A stretch of DNA of 63,168 bases, counting the filler, from Antechinus flavipes (lineage: Eukaryota): the NCBI RefSeq assembly GCF_016432865.1. It is 3 parts of 3 records of this genome, joined end to end, with 100 filler letters (N's around TTAATTAATTAA, not from the genome) between each part and the next. Parts side by side here need not be neighbours in the genome. Positions count along the whole stretch, not along the records: positions 22,308 to 47,380 come from NC_067402.1; positions 47,481 to 63,168 come from NC_067400.1; 1 more part is not named here. One strand, given 5' to 3'. A model generated the notes under the pieces. It saw only the letters and a list, made by a program, of their open reading frames with translations, had not been told where the DNA came from and did not search any database. Both the position numbers and the translations under genes were made by a program. Below are positions 38,901-51,110 of the stretch, one piece after another; the first letter of the stretch is position 1; each line of letters opens with the position of its first letter.

Positions 38901-41900
38901 TTTCAGTTCTAGATATATGTTTTAGATTGCTAAATTAAGATTTTAAGAAAAACCAATTGCATATCATAGTCTAGGCCACGGGCATTTTTAACAAAATATT
39001 TATAGATGTAGATATAAACATCAGAATATATGTATATATAATGTCAGTTTTATGTGTACCTATATCTATATACAAAATAGTAGAAAAATTTGAAACTGTT
39101 TAAACCTTAAAACCCAGTCTATTATTATGATTTTGAAATGATATATTTTTAATTATGTATGTCACCCATCATCAACAGAACAAAGCTTGAGTTTTCCCTA
39201 GTACTGATGTATATATGAATTGATTTGTTCAGATATTCTTATGCAAATTTCTATTATGAAGAATGGGTGCCTCTTGTAAGGATGCTCACAGGTATTAGAG
39301 ATGTTTTGCATAGTCAGATATATACATGTATGTTTGTATGTGCATGTGCATATATGTACATATGTAAACACATGTATAACACATATACATGTGATTATAT
39401 GCATATATATTTTTTGTTTATTTGTTGATATATTGAAGCAGTTTTCTCCAATAAAATGAGTTAATCTGTTCAGATAGTAATCATGATTTAAAAGCTGAGT
39501 ATTTTGGGTTAGAGTTGTGGTTTCATTATTTTCTTTTAAAAGTTTAATTTATTTTAATTAATAAGAATTTATTATTTTTCCTTTTCCTCAATACCTTGCA
39601 AGCATTAGAGAAAAAAGAAAATCAAAACTCTTGTAATAAATATCCCTGGTCAAGCAAAATAATTCCCATGACTAAAAATATATATCTCATTCTGTACCTT
39701 GAGTTCATCTTCTCTGTCAGGAGGTGGGAAGCATTTTTCAATACTGGTATTTGTATTTGTTTTATCTAACATAGTACCTGGGACATAATAGTTGCTTCAT
39801 AAATAAATGTGGCATGCTTTCCTATACCTTTCCCTCATGTTATTCTAACTTCAAAGAAGTGAGTCTACTGATGCATTAATAAGACCAATGTTTCAAGAAA
39901 GGCCTGAATATCCTTGATTCATGGTATAGCTGCAGGGGTTCAAATTCATTTGGGTCATTAGCCTCTCAGCACTAGCCGATAATTTTATCCCTAATTGCTA
40001 TTCAAATTTGAGAAGACTTAGTGATTAAGACAAAGCAAAACCTTTTAAACATGACTTTTATCACTGCTCTTCTACTTTGTTGTCATATAGTGTCCTTGCC
40101 TAAGGAGACCTCAAGCTGTGTTGATACAAGCATTCCTGAAGAAGAGTAAGAAATCTTCAATCCCAATGGTTCTTTGGGGCTGGACTCTGATTATTTTGCA
40201 CTGAGGAGATTTGGATACTGCCCTCACACTATGGATAATAAATGTGGTCCAATCTTAGAATTTTGTCTAATTCATGTAAGTTGTATTTATTCAGGCTAAT
40301 ATAGGTCTATATGGAATTGAAGGACAAATAAGAAACCTAGGGAAATTAGGCCTTATCCCTGAAAAGGAATAAAAAGAAAAAAAAAAAAAACCTCAGATAT
40401 TAAAAGAGCCAAAATAAAAAGGAGATGCAATAAGCAAAGTTTAAAAAAACGCACATAAAACCTTCAGATATTTTGGTCAAAAGAAGATGCACAAAGAACA
40501 TTTTGTTCAATTGATATAAAGAGAAGGAATATTAATAAGAGAATAACAAAAAATGAATGAGACTTGTAATGCCTTCTTTATTTCCATCTTTTCAGAGGAG
40601 ATTAAAGGCAAACTTTTAATTGGAGAAATTCCCAGTTCTGAGAGAGGAGGGAAGGTCAAATGCAAATGACTGCCTCTCTTTAAAGCATGCTTAGAGAATA
40701 TGGACGCATTGAAAACAGGATTTGAAAATATGTACTATAAGTTTGCTTAAGGAATTGTCAGTGGTCTTTTCAGAGACACTAGATGTGATTTTTTTTAAAA
40801 AAGAAATCATGGAAGATGGAAACATTCTCAAGTTATTTCATTTGCCCAATTTGAATTGCAAATAAGTTAACTCAGTGGTGATGACTAGCAAAACACTAGA
40901 CTTAATGACTGCTTATCAGCTATTTTGTAGTGAAGATTCCTTTTGTTTATGGGTTGAATTAGATACTGAAATCCCTTCTAACACCCAAATTCTATGAGAT
41001 CAGATTACATTTCAAGATCAATTTCATAAGTAAGTAACAAGAGATTTTTCACAGAAATCAACATGACCATAATGTGTAAACTTTTAATTCACATTAATTT
41101 CAGAGCTGGATAGGACCTTAGAGATGATCTAGACCAATCTCTAAGTTAAATAGCACTTGGAATCCTAATGCCCACATTTATAGAATCCACTACACTATTT
41201 ATTAGTTCTGGGATCTTGCACATTTAGCTTTTTCATCAATCACAAAGGAAAAATAATATTCAAATTAACAATCCTCACATGCTTGTTAGGAAGCCCAAAT
41301 GACATAACGAACAAGAGAGTGCTATGTGGCTTACTGCTAGCTCTCTATGCAAATGTTTTGTTGCATGAAAAGCTTCCAAGCATAGTAAAGAAAAGGTGAG
41401 TTTTGCTAATACATACTGGCTGTAGCATCACAGAAAAATATCTCTGACTTTTTCTGAGCAAACACAATAACTGGTTTGCACACTTTTTAAACAAAGGAAG
41501 TTTTTCAAATCATGAGTAATATGTTAAAATTTTGTGTTTGTCTATCTGCATATGCATCTATATGTAATATATATACATATTCTTATCCAATTATTAACCT
41601 ATTGAATTTATATTTTGACCTAATATATTTGTATTAATAGAATTCTATTATTAATGTGTTTGTAACACACAATTGAACAAGTGAAATTGGTCAGTCTGTG
41701 ACCATTTATACATAGAAAATAGTATACATATACTTAGACCCATGCAAATATATGATCATGGGCTCATTTGAAGGTCTTCCCTTCTGGTCCTTAAGTTGTA
41801 CCCATATTTAATCTCATAATCCCAAACTGCAAAGCAGAGATATATTTTAACATTTTTTTTCTAGTTAATAAAATTGCAACATCTTTCTCTTGAATCAGTT

Positions 41901-41924
41901 TGAGCTCCCTAAAGTCTCAAGTAT

Positions 41925-42190
41925 TGTTGTTGCTGTTGTTCACTCATGGCCAAGTCTTTGGGATTCCATTTGGGGTTTTCTTGGCAGAGATACTGGAGTG
42001 GTTTGCCATTTCTTTCTCCAGCTAATATTTACAGTTAATAATATAGGTGAGGAACTAAGGCAAACAAGATTAAATGACTTGCTCAGGATCACACAACTTG
42101 TAAGTTTCTGAGGTGGGATTTGAATTCATAAAGATGAGACTTACTGATTCCAAGCCCAGGACTTTATCTACTGCATCACTTAGTTCCCCC
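41925..42190 (-). mobile_element. MAR1-like SINE
   Basis: gttgttgctgttgttcactc...ggggttttcttggcagagatactggagtggtttgcc...catcacttagttccccc. Confidence 0.8.
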
Positions 42191-44840
42191 AAAATCTTAA
42201 GTACTAATTATTAAATAAGCCATAGCAATCTCCTTTACCAATAGCATTTACTTATGTGCAATTTATTAACAAATGAAATTCATAATAATGCAAAAACAAA
42301 AATAATCATTTATAATGTTTTAGTTTTAAGAATAATTAGTGGTGGAATTGCCTTAGAACCTCTGTTTAAAAGTGATTACTTCATCTTAATAAACTTTTAA
42401 ACCTTTTAGTTTTCTGCAGATATTCATTAAAATCTCTCAAAATTTTTTATGACCCTTCTCAGGAAATCAATTATAGTATTCTTTTTTTTTTTTATTTTCC
42501 CTTTTTTTCAGTTATGACAGAAAACTATCCAGAATTCAATGTACTTGTCAACTTTTAATGGACTCTTTACAGAACTCTTTATGATTCTTCACAATATAAA
42601 TGTTAAGGCAGTTGTACAAAGAAAGTAATTTCTCCTCATTTTTTTCTTTTTATCATCTATTTAGTTTAGCTCACAAATTCTTATAAATGTAAGCCAAAAT
42701 GCATATACTCTCTAACCCCATAGGGAGATGCAAGACATAGTAAGATAGTTCAAAACTAACTTCTACAATGCAAACACAAACTGCTTTTGGCATAACATTC
42801 CATTTTTCTATTAGAGGTTATATAGTCTCTATGGTATGGAATAATGAAAAAAAAAAAACCAGGTGTTTACAGAATAAAAATACATATTCATATATATATC
42901 TGTATGTATATTGGAAAGTCATCAAAACATAGTAAATAGGAAGCCAGAAAGATCTGGGCTCAAGTCCAAATCTACTGTATGTGACCCTAAGCAAATAATT
43001 TCAGGTCTCAGTAGCTCAGGCAAGTTGCTAAAACGACTCATTTCAAAGGGAATACTGATCTATTTTTTTTACCGGGTGTTTCATCTTCTAGCAGTCCATA
43101 TACCAATGAGGCATCATGGTATATTAGGAGGAGCACTATATCTGAAATTTGAAGACCTGGATTTAAAATCCACCTTTGATGCTTACTATACCATGTCCTT
43201 GGTCAAATCACTTAATTAACTTCTTTAGGGTTCAGTTTCCCCATCTCTAAGATGAAAGAATTGGACTAACATGGTTGTCTTCACATGATCATAGGTTTAA
43301 TCTTAGTGTTGAATATGATTTGGAAGACCATAAGATACAATCCCCTCTTTTAAAAGTTGAGGAAATCAGGATACAGAGAGGTTAGTGACTTTTTAAAGGT
43401 AGCATAGCTCTTATGTGGCTAAAGTAGAATTTTACCTGAATTCAATGTGAATACTCTTTTTACTATATCACACAACCTAAGGATAGCTGATGTATATAGG
43501 TTTTCAAAGTTTCAAAAGAATTTTACATAAATTGCCTCATTTGGTTCTAATAACAATCTGTGAAAAAGGGAGCAATGCTATCTCTTTTTTACATATTAGG
43601 AAACTAGTGAGTTGCTCAGATTGCCACAAGGTAAAAAAAGTGTGAACTAGGATTTGAATTCAGGTTTTCCTGACTCTAAGCCCATGCTACATTTGTGTGT
43701 ATAGATATGTATATGTGTATATATGTATACACATACAGACTTTTCTGTGGATATGTATATATAATAATTATTTTTCTAGATCATAATAAATTCATCTTTC
43801 TTTTTTCTTCCTTTTTTCTAGTTTTATCCTATGATAGAGCAAAAGGTTTGATATTAAGTTGTATGACTTGAAGAATATAATATGATTTTCAGAAAGGTAT
43901 TTTATTCTTTCTAGAATGAGGAAATTGACAAAAAAGTGAAATTTAAATATACAGTGATCACTTCAAACAATGAATGGATCTGTGATCTCATCCATGTGGG
44001 TAATTCCTTCAGAGGTGCAGATCAAAACTCATTCATAAGTTTTGCCATTTAATTTGCCATGACTTTTGTTAGTTTACTTCTATAAGTTGTCCTATGGAAT
44101 TTACCAAAGTATTGGATGCCTTCCTATGGGTCTTAAAATCTTAAAAGATTTTGTTTGTCAGTTTGTGAAATTTCTGTCTATTCTCTCTCTGTCATGCTTT
44201 TTGGTCACATCTTTTTTGAATCTTTTACAATACTCTTATGTCTGCTGGTAACGTGAAATCCCCTATTCATACCTAATATATGCAATTCTTATCTTTTGGA
44301 TAAGCTTCCATTTAGATACTTAGGAGATTGCAGTGTTTCATGATTCCTAAACATAAATAATCACTGGACGATTAATGGTGCTAAAATACGGGCCTTTATG
44401 AAATTCTGATTTTACTCAAAGTTGGTATAGCTTTGTGAGATATGATGTGTGCAGAGGGAGAATGACTTCTATTTTACTGGGAAAGGGGGAATTTTGTGTG
44501 TGTTTGTTTTGTTTTGTTTTGGTTTTTGAGGGAGAGAATGCTGAACATGATGCTGCATACTTGCCATAAGGAATTTACTTCAGGTGGCTTCAGAAACTCT
44601 TAAAATAGAAATGTGTAAAAAGGATAGAGAAGACTATGAGACTGTGGAGGGAGAAATAATTTGAATTATCAATGGATTCTCTCCAAGCCAGAAATGTGTA
44701 TGGGGGCTAACACTCTTTCTTTTTTTTTTTTTTTCTACTTCAGAGACTGCAATTCTAGAATCTCTTGAAAAGATTCCCGTGAATGAGAGCAGTTTTTTTC
44801 CTCTTGGTTTGAACTAGGATCTTGTTCCTTTCTAGAGAGC

Positions 44841-45284
44841 TGTGATATTCTCTCTAAAATGTAATGTTCTCTGTTGAGGTTTTCTTGGGGTATCTGGGAG
44901 CAGCTTTCATTTCCTTTCAGTAATTATCACAAGTGCAGCCAGGGATTCAAGTCCAAATCCTTTATTGTCTCCTTCAAAGTCTTGTCTCCTTCACTTGAGG
45001 CTCGGCTAGTTTTTCTGAAGGCCTTCCGGATTTTAGTTTCAATGGAGAAGCGAAGGAGAGCCTGTCCCCACTTCTCTGTCTTCCCTAGTTCTCATTCTGG
45101 CTGAGTTTGTCCAAGCTTATATGCTCTTTTATCAAAGGTGTGAATCTTGTAGAACTATAGTACGTATTAAGTATATGTAGTTCAGATCCATGCTAAAGTA
45201 GATAACTATTGTCTCCATCAATTCCACTGACTTAATACCTTGTAAGAATCCTTTGTTTCAAGTTCAGAATTCTAGCCCATAACA
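44841..45284 (-). mobile_element. Solo LTR (444 bp) with 5-bp TSD AGAGC
   Basis: TG...CA ends; AGAGC at 44836-44840 and 45285-45289; minus strand carries TATA-like gcatataagc and AATAAA. Confidence 0.85.
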
Positions 45285-45882
45285 AGAGCTAATTGGCTCT
45301 TGTATATATCCTGGTATATTGTAATCTATATAATTTCTTCAGATACTGCTTGATAATTTGCATGGTTTTTAACATGTCTACTTACTGTTCATTATTGACG
45401 GTGATCTTTGTGTAATTTGGAAAAGAAAAGATAAGCTGGTGAGAGCAAACTAAGTTCTCTGATCAGGTTGCTATTCTCAGCTATACGATGATTCAATACA
45501 ATTCCAATGATGATTCAATACAATTCCAAAGGACTTAAGATGAAAAATGCTTTCCTCTTCCTGAGAAAGAACTTAGGACATCTCAATACAGAACATTCTT
45601 AAAAAAACTTTTTTATTAATCTTACTTTTTATGTTTTCAACATGGAAATGTTTTATATGATTGCATATATAAGATATATCAAATTGTTTTTCTTCTCAAG
45701 TAATATAGAGAAATAAGTGTAAAAAGTAGGAACACAAATTTAAAAAAATGTAAAACATTTTATGCTACATGAAATTGAGAAAAAATAAAATTAAATAGAA
45801 ATGTTAAAAATTGTCATCAGGGAAGTAATTTTCTTCTAAATACAGATATATTCTCAGAGAATTTTTTTTTTTTTTATGTTGC

Positions 45883-46240
45883 TGTTAAGTCCAAGTTAGC
45901 TCCCTGGAGGCCTCAGGATCAGCAGAGTTAGGATAAATAAAAGTCCTTAGTCTTTAGGGGGAAAAGTGAAAGATGCAGGCAAACTGCCAGGAGTTTTGCC
46001 AAAGATCTCTTTTCGATTCTGGAGTCCAGAATCCCCACCTTTCTCCTCCTCATTCTGCCACCAAATGACTCTGGCCTGTTCTCACCCCACCCTCTTGCCT
46101 ATGATTATCTTAACACCAAATATTGAGCCAGTTTCAGAGCCATTTATCCCAACATATGCTAATAGAGTCATTGTCTCATATTCAATAGGTAATTAGCTTT
46201 AAGTGTTCTGATTCAAGTTTCATAGTTTCAGCCTTTTACA
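45883..46240 (-). mobile_element. Solo LTR (358 bp) with 6-bp TSD TGTTGC
   Basis: TG...CA ends; TGTTGC at 45877-45882 and 46241-46246. A 6-bp TSD is typical of class II ERVs; orientation inferred. Confidence 0.8.
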
Positions 46241-46349
46241 TGTTGCCATTTTAAATAGATTTTTATTCTCTAGGACAAGAGTGCATTTCAACTTGTTTAC
46301 ATTATTGATAAAGTTCATTATTGTTCCTTTTTCTCCCTCTGAACATCTT

Positions 46350-46960
46350 CAAGTATTCAGAATGCCCAGATTTACATAGTTGCTTAAATGCTTCTTTTAA
46401 ACTGCCACTGCCTTAGCTACAAATTTTGAACCTTCAGATTATGGAAAGCTGTGTGGAATGCTATTTCTAATGATGAATTTAGTTGACCTTCAATGGTGGT
46501 TCCAAAAAAATTCTTCCATATAGAACTACTTCATCCAATGGGAAACCACTGGGCATGTCTCCTGCCATGGCTCTTACACTCTGGTACAGCTTAATAGTGA
46601 TAGCTATTGAACTTCTCCAATTCTTTCAACTGATGCTCAAATTCTCACCAGTCTGGTTCTTATCTAGTCAAGCTGATTATTTTGTTATATTTGGTAATAT
46701 AATGTAATGTAGTATAGGTTGCTGCTACTCTGAGAAGCCACCAGAGATATTTTAAATGTGGCAGATATGTAGAATTCTTATCTTCTTCTTGGAGATTAAA
46801 GGAAAGATAGCCCAACTATACTATTCTTTACCTTGTCTACCTCTTCCAACCAGGTATATTCTTTAAGTGCTTCTGGATTTCATGATGGGGCCACTATAAC
46901 ATCATATGACTTGATAAAAACAGTGTTGTAGCAATTGGAAACAAAATTATCTGGAAGATT
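46350..46960 (-). mobile_element. Highly degenerate RTE LINE fragments
   Basis: Traces of LFYGEL-like and NTVF (endonuclease-like) segments on the minus strand. Confidence 0.4.
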
Positions 46961-47380
46961 GCACTTTCCATTCTTTTTGATTTTGTGCTAGACATTATAT
47001 TGGCATATATATCTCATAAGCATAAGTCTCATAGTGTTACATGATAATATTAATTATCTGGATATCATCAAAGTTACCTCTTTTATTGCATCTGCCAGGG
47101 ATTCCTATATGATTTAAATGTATCTTTTAGGGAAAAGATATTATAGATTTAGATTTAGAAATAACCTCAGAGGCCATCTCTTCATTTCACAAATGGGAAA
47201 GCTGACACTCTTATTAAGAAATGCATTGACACTACATTGTTGGTACCAAATCAGATATGTTTCTTCTTAGCTATCAATAAGTACTATTGAGTCTTTTATT
47301 CTCTGCCCCTTTTACTCAAGAATGACTCAAAAGATGTGAGCTGCTATAAAATATTGTTTACAAATTTCTGCCTATTCCCT

Positions 47381-47480
47381 NNNNNNNNNNNNNNNNNNNN
47401 NNNNNNNNNNNNNNNNNNNNNNNNTTAATTAATTAANNNNNNNNNNNNNNNNNNNNNNNNNNNNNNNNNNNNNNNNNNNN
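47381..47480. other. Artificial 100-bp scaffold spacer (44 N + TTAATTAATTAA + 44 N)
   Basis: Same layout as 22208-22307. Confidence 0.95.
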
Positions 47481-47855
47481 TCTCTCTGTCTCGCTGTCTC
47501 TGTGTCTCTATCTCTGTCTCTGTCTCTCTGTCTCTGCCTCTGTCTCTGTCTCCCTCCCTTCTCCTTCTCCTCCTCTTCCTTTTCTTTGCTTATCATTCTC
47601 TTTGTCTCTTTCTGTCTCCCTCTCCTCTCTTCTTTCTTCTCTGTTTCTCGTCTCTCTCCATCTCTCTCCCTCCCCCTCCCTCCTTTTTCCCTCCTTCTCT
47701 CCCTTTTCTCCATCTGTTTTTCGCTCTTTCTCTGTCTCTGCCTCTGTCTCCCCTCTTCTTATTTCTCCTCCTCTCTCTGTCTCATCTCTCTTTTTCCTTT
47801 GTCTCTTTCTCCTTCGTCTCTGTCTTTCTCTGTCTCTGTCTCTCCTTGTCTCTGA
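47481..47855. repeat. CT-rich simple repeat ((CT)n/(CTCTGT)n)
   Basis: Homopyrimidine-rich low-complexity tract. Confidence 0.95.
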
Positions 47856-48182
47856 AGCTGATAGCTTTTCAATTTGACCTAATGCCGGGGGGAGGGGGGG
47901 GGACTCCTGAGCAACTTTGTGGCCAGGCCCCCTTGGGCAGTCAAATCAGGCTGGGGAAGCCCACGGACCCTCTTTCAAATGCAGAGAATTTAAAAATAGA
48001 ATGACAAAATAATTAATACTGCTATGGAACATAATTATAAGGTAATTCAATTGAAATAGTTCTCAAGATAATGTTTAAAAGCCAAGTTCATGGATCCCAG
48101 ATCAGCATCAGTGATCATTTCAACCACTCAAAAGATGGCGCACCCAAGGGAGCCTATTCAAGTTCTATCCTCACCAGTAGTT

Positions 48183-48822
48183 AGAAACTGCCAGCATGTT
48201 ACCTGAAATAAAATAAGGGAGGAGCAGGGGGAAAGGTCAAAGCATTCATGGAGCACCTACTGTGTGCCAGCAGTAAGAAATTGCCAGCATAGTACTTGAA
48301 ATAAAATAGAGGGAGAAAAGTAAAAGCATTCATGGATCACCTACTATGTGTGCCAGTCAGTAAGAAATTGCCAGCATAGTGCCTGAAATAAAATAGGAGA
48401 GGAGCAGGGGGAAAGGTAAAAGCATTCATGGAGCACCTACTGTGTGCCAGGCAGTAAGAAATTGCCAGCATAGTACCTGAAATAAAATAAGGGAGGAGCA
48501 GGGGGAAAGGTCAAAGCATTCATGGAGCACCTACTATGTGCCAGTCAGTAAGAAATTGCTAGCATAGTGCCTGAAATAAAATAGGAGAGGAGCAGGGAGA
48601 AAGGTAAAAGCATTCATGGAGCACCTACTGTGTGCCGGCAGTAAGAAATTGCCACCATAGGGGCTGAAATAAAATAGGGAGGAGGGGGAAAGGTCAAAGC
48701 ATTCATGGAGCACCTACTATGTGCCAGTCAGTAAGAAATTGCCAGTATAGTGCCTGAAATAAAATAGAAGAGGAGCAAGGAGAAAGGTAAAAGCATTCAT
48801 GGAGCACCTACTGTGTGCCAGG
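48183..48822. repeat. Seven-copy ~87-94-bp minisatellite spanning a MIR 3' end and its flank
   Basis: Units start with agaaa(c/t)tgccagcat at ~48183, 48276, 48363, 48457, 48551, 48644 and 48734; the last unit runs into the MIR body. Confidence 0.95.
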
Positions 48823-48990
48823 AAATCCAATAAGTACTTTACAAAAATTATCTCTCGATCCTTACATCATCCCTCTAAGGTAGATGCTATTTCAAAATTC
48901 CCGCTTTTACAGATGAAGAAAGGGACAGATGGCAGTTAAGTGATTAAGGGTCACACAGCTATTAAGTGTCTGAGGTTGCATTTGGTTCTA
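48795..48990 (-). mobile_element. MIR SINE
   Basis: gagcacctactgtgtgccagg...ttttacagatgaagaaa...aagggtcacacagctattaagtgtctgagg. Confidence 0.75.
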
Positions 48991-49796
48991 GGTGCTTTAG
49001 CTCCAATGATTAAGTTGTTCTCTTGACCAGTTGACCTCTGGGGTGGAAATGGTGGGAACCTTAGGGGGAAGTGACCCCTCTCTCTTTTAAAGGTTTGTGA
49101 GAGGGGAGGAGAAGCATTTGGGGAACAGCGTGCCGTGCCCTCTGGGCCTGGGAAGATTGGATTCCAGAGGCTTCTGGGAAAGGGGAGGCCCCTCGGAACT
49201 GAGGTTCTCCAGGGAGAATGAGCGGGAGAGTGGGATGAGATTCCAGATATATGAAGGAGAAAATTCTGGAGGAAAAATGGGGGAGACAGACAAGACGAGC
49301 TCCCCGCCGCTCCGCTTCCACGTGGACGACGAGACATGGACTGAAGAAGGAAGGTGGCAGGATGCCCACCCAGGCTCAGCCCAGTTCAACGGGAAGCTTG
49401 GGTCGGGTTAGCCACTTTAGAGAGATCAAAGAGAGAGGGCCTGGGGCAGCGGGATGCTGATAACCCACAAGCCTCAGAACTTATTTTGCTGCTTTTCTCT
49501 ACCAGAAAAACCGCCTCTGGACTGGGAAGGACAGAGGTTAAATGAGGAGATAGGGAGAAAATACCTCCTTGCCTCCCATGAATTCAAGTCACCTGACCCA
49601 GATTAACTACGCTCTCCAGTGGCCCAAAAGCCAGCAGATGTGATCCTAAGCCTTTAGCAGTTCTCTGAAAGATGGCGGAGAATAAGAGGGGATCTGCAGG
49701 GCTGGAGGAGGCAAATGACCTCGTTTTCCAAAAAGGGAAGAGAATGGCAAATGCCTACTGTAGGGAATTCTACAGTTCTTATTAAAGAAATGTTAA

Positions 49797-49945
49797 GGGC
49801 AGCTAGGTGGGGCAGTGGATGGAGTACCAGCCCTGAAGTCGGGAGGACATGAGTTCAAATTTGGTCTCATTAACACTTCCTGTCGGTGTGACTCTGGGCA
49901 AGTCACTTAAGCCCAATTGCCTCAGCAAAAAAAAAAAAAAAAAAG
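49797..49945 (+). mobile_element. WSINE1-like SINE
   Basis: gggcagctaggtggggcagtggat...gagttcaaat...aattgcctcagc plus A tail; inserted in an L3 fragment. Confidence 0.88.
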
Positions 49946-50439
49946 GAATGGTGCTGGGTAGCCAAAGTTCCAATCCAGCTTCAGATACTTAACTGGCTTT
50001 GTGACAAATCATTGAACCTGCCTGCCTCAACTTTGGCATCTGTAAAATGGATCCAAGTGTAGTCTATGTTATCCTCTTCTATTCAAGAAACTCCCTATCG
50101 GAGGGGAAAAAAATCGAAACATAAGCGAGTGCAAGGGATAATGTTGTAAAAAATTACCCTGGCATGGATTCTGTCAATACAAAGTTATTACTAAAATAAA
50201 ATTTAAATTAAAAAAAAAAAAAAAACTCCCTATCACCCTCCATGATAAATACTCCTAGAGTTATATTGTGAGGAACAAATGAGGTCGCATGGAAAGCATT
50301 TTATAATGCTTTACCATTATATATAATGGTATTTTATATATATAATATATAATGCTTTACCACCACCATCACCACCACCACATCATCTAGGAAAGAAAAT
50401 GACCAATGAGATAGCCAGGATCCAAAAATAAATGAGTAA

Positions 50440-51110
50440 ATAAATCTTGACAGGCTACAGCACTGATTGTTCTGAATGTAAAATAAGGAAATATAGTAGA
50501 GATCATCTACTTGGGTATAAAAAAAAAAATCAGTCTCACAAATACAGGCCGGAAGGGTTCCTAGTTAGACAACAGTCATTCCGGGGGAAAATTTGGGGTC
50601 TTTTGAGGTGGTCTCATTCGGTTTGGAGCAATTGTATAACGGAGCAGCCAAGAAAAGGATTCAGGATGCATTTAGACAGGAGGCGTGGCTTCCAGGCTCT
50701 TGTTGGACAACTCTTAGAACATTGGGTTCAGTACTGGACACCACAAAGGAGAATGTCCAGAGGAGAGCAACCAGCAGTGAAGGGTTCCAAGTGGTCCATG
50801 TCATAGAGGGATCAGTTGAAGAAATTGGGCATATTTAGCCCCAGGGAAGAGAAGACAGGATGTGCTGATTGGTTTGAAGCATCTGAAAGTCTGTCTTGTA
50901 AAGGAGGGGTTCGATCTGCTCTTTTTGGCCCCAGCGGATAAATCTTGGAGAAAAGACGATTGCAAGAGATTAATTTTAACATGGAGGTCAGGGGGGGAAA
51001 CTCAACTTGCTCATAATTACAGCTATTCAGAATTGGAACACCTTGCTTCCTCCTCCTCCTCTGAGATGTTCAAGCAGAGGCTAGTAGGGATTTTATCTCC
51101 CTGTGGAGCT
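50440..51110 (+). mobile_element. L3/CR1 LINE 3' fragment
   Basis: gttcagtactggacaccaca...agaatgtccagaggagagcaacc...tgtcttgtaaaggagggg. Confidence 0.75.

Noticed and set aside
45487-45529. 22-bp tandem duplication
   Set aside because: Ordinary small slippage duplication within an L1 3' fragment.
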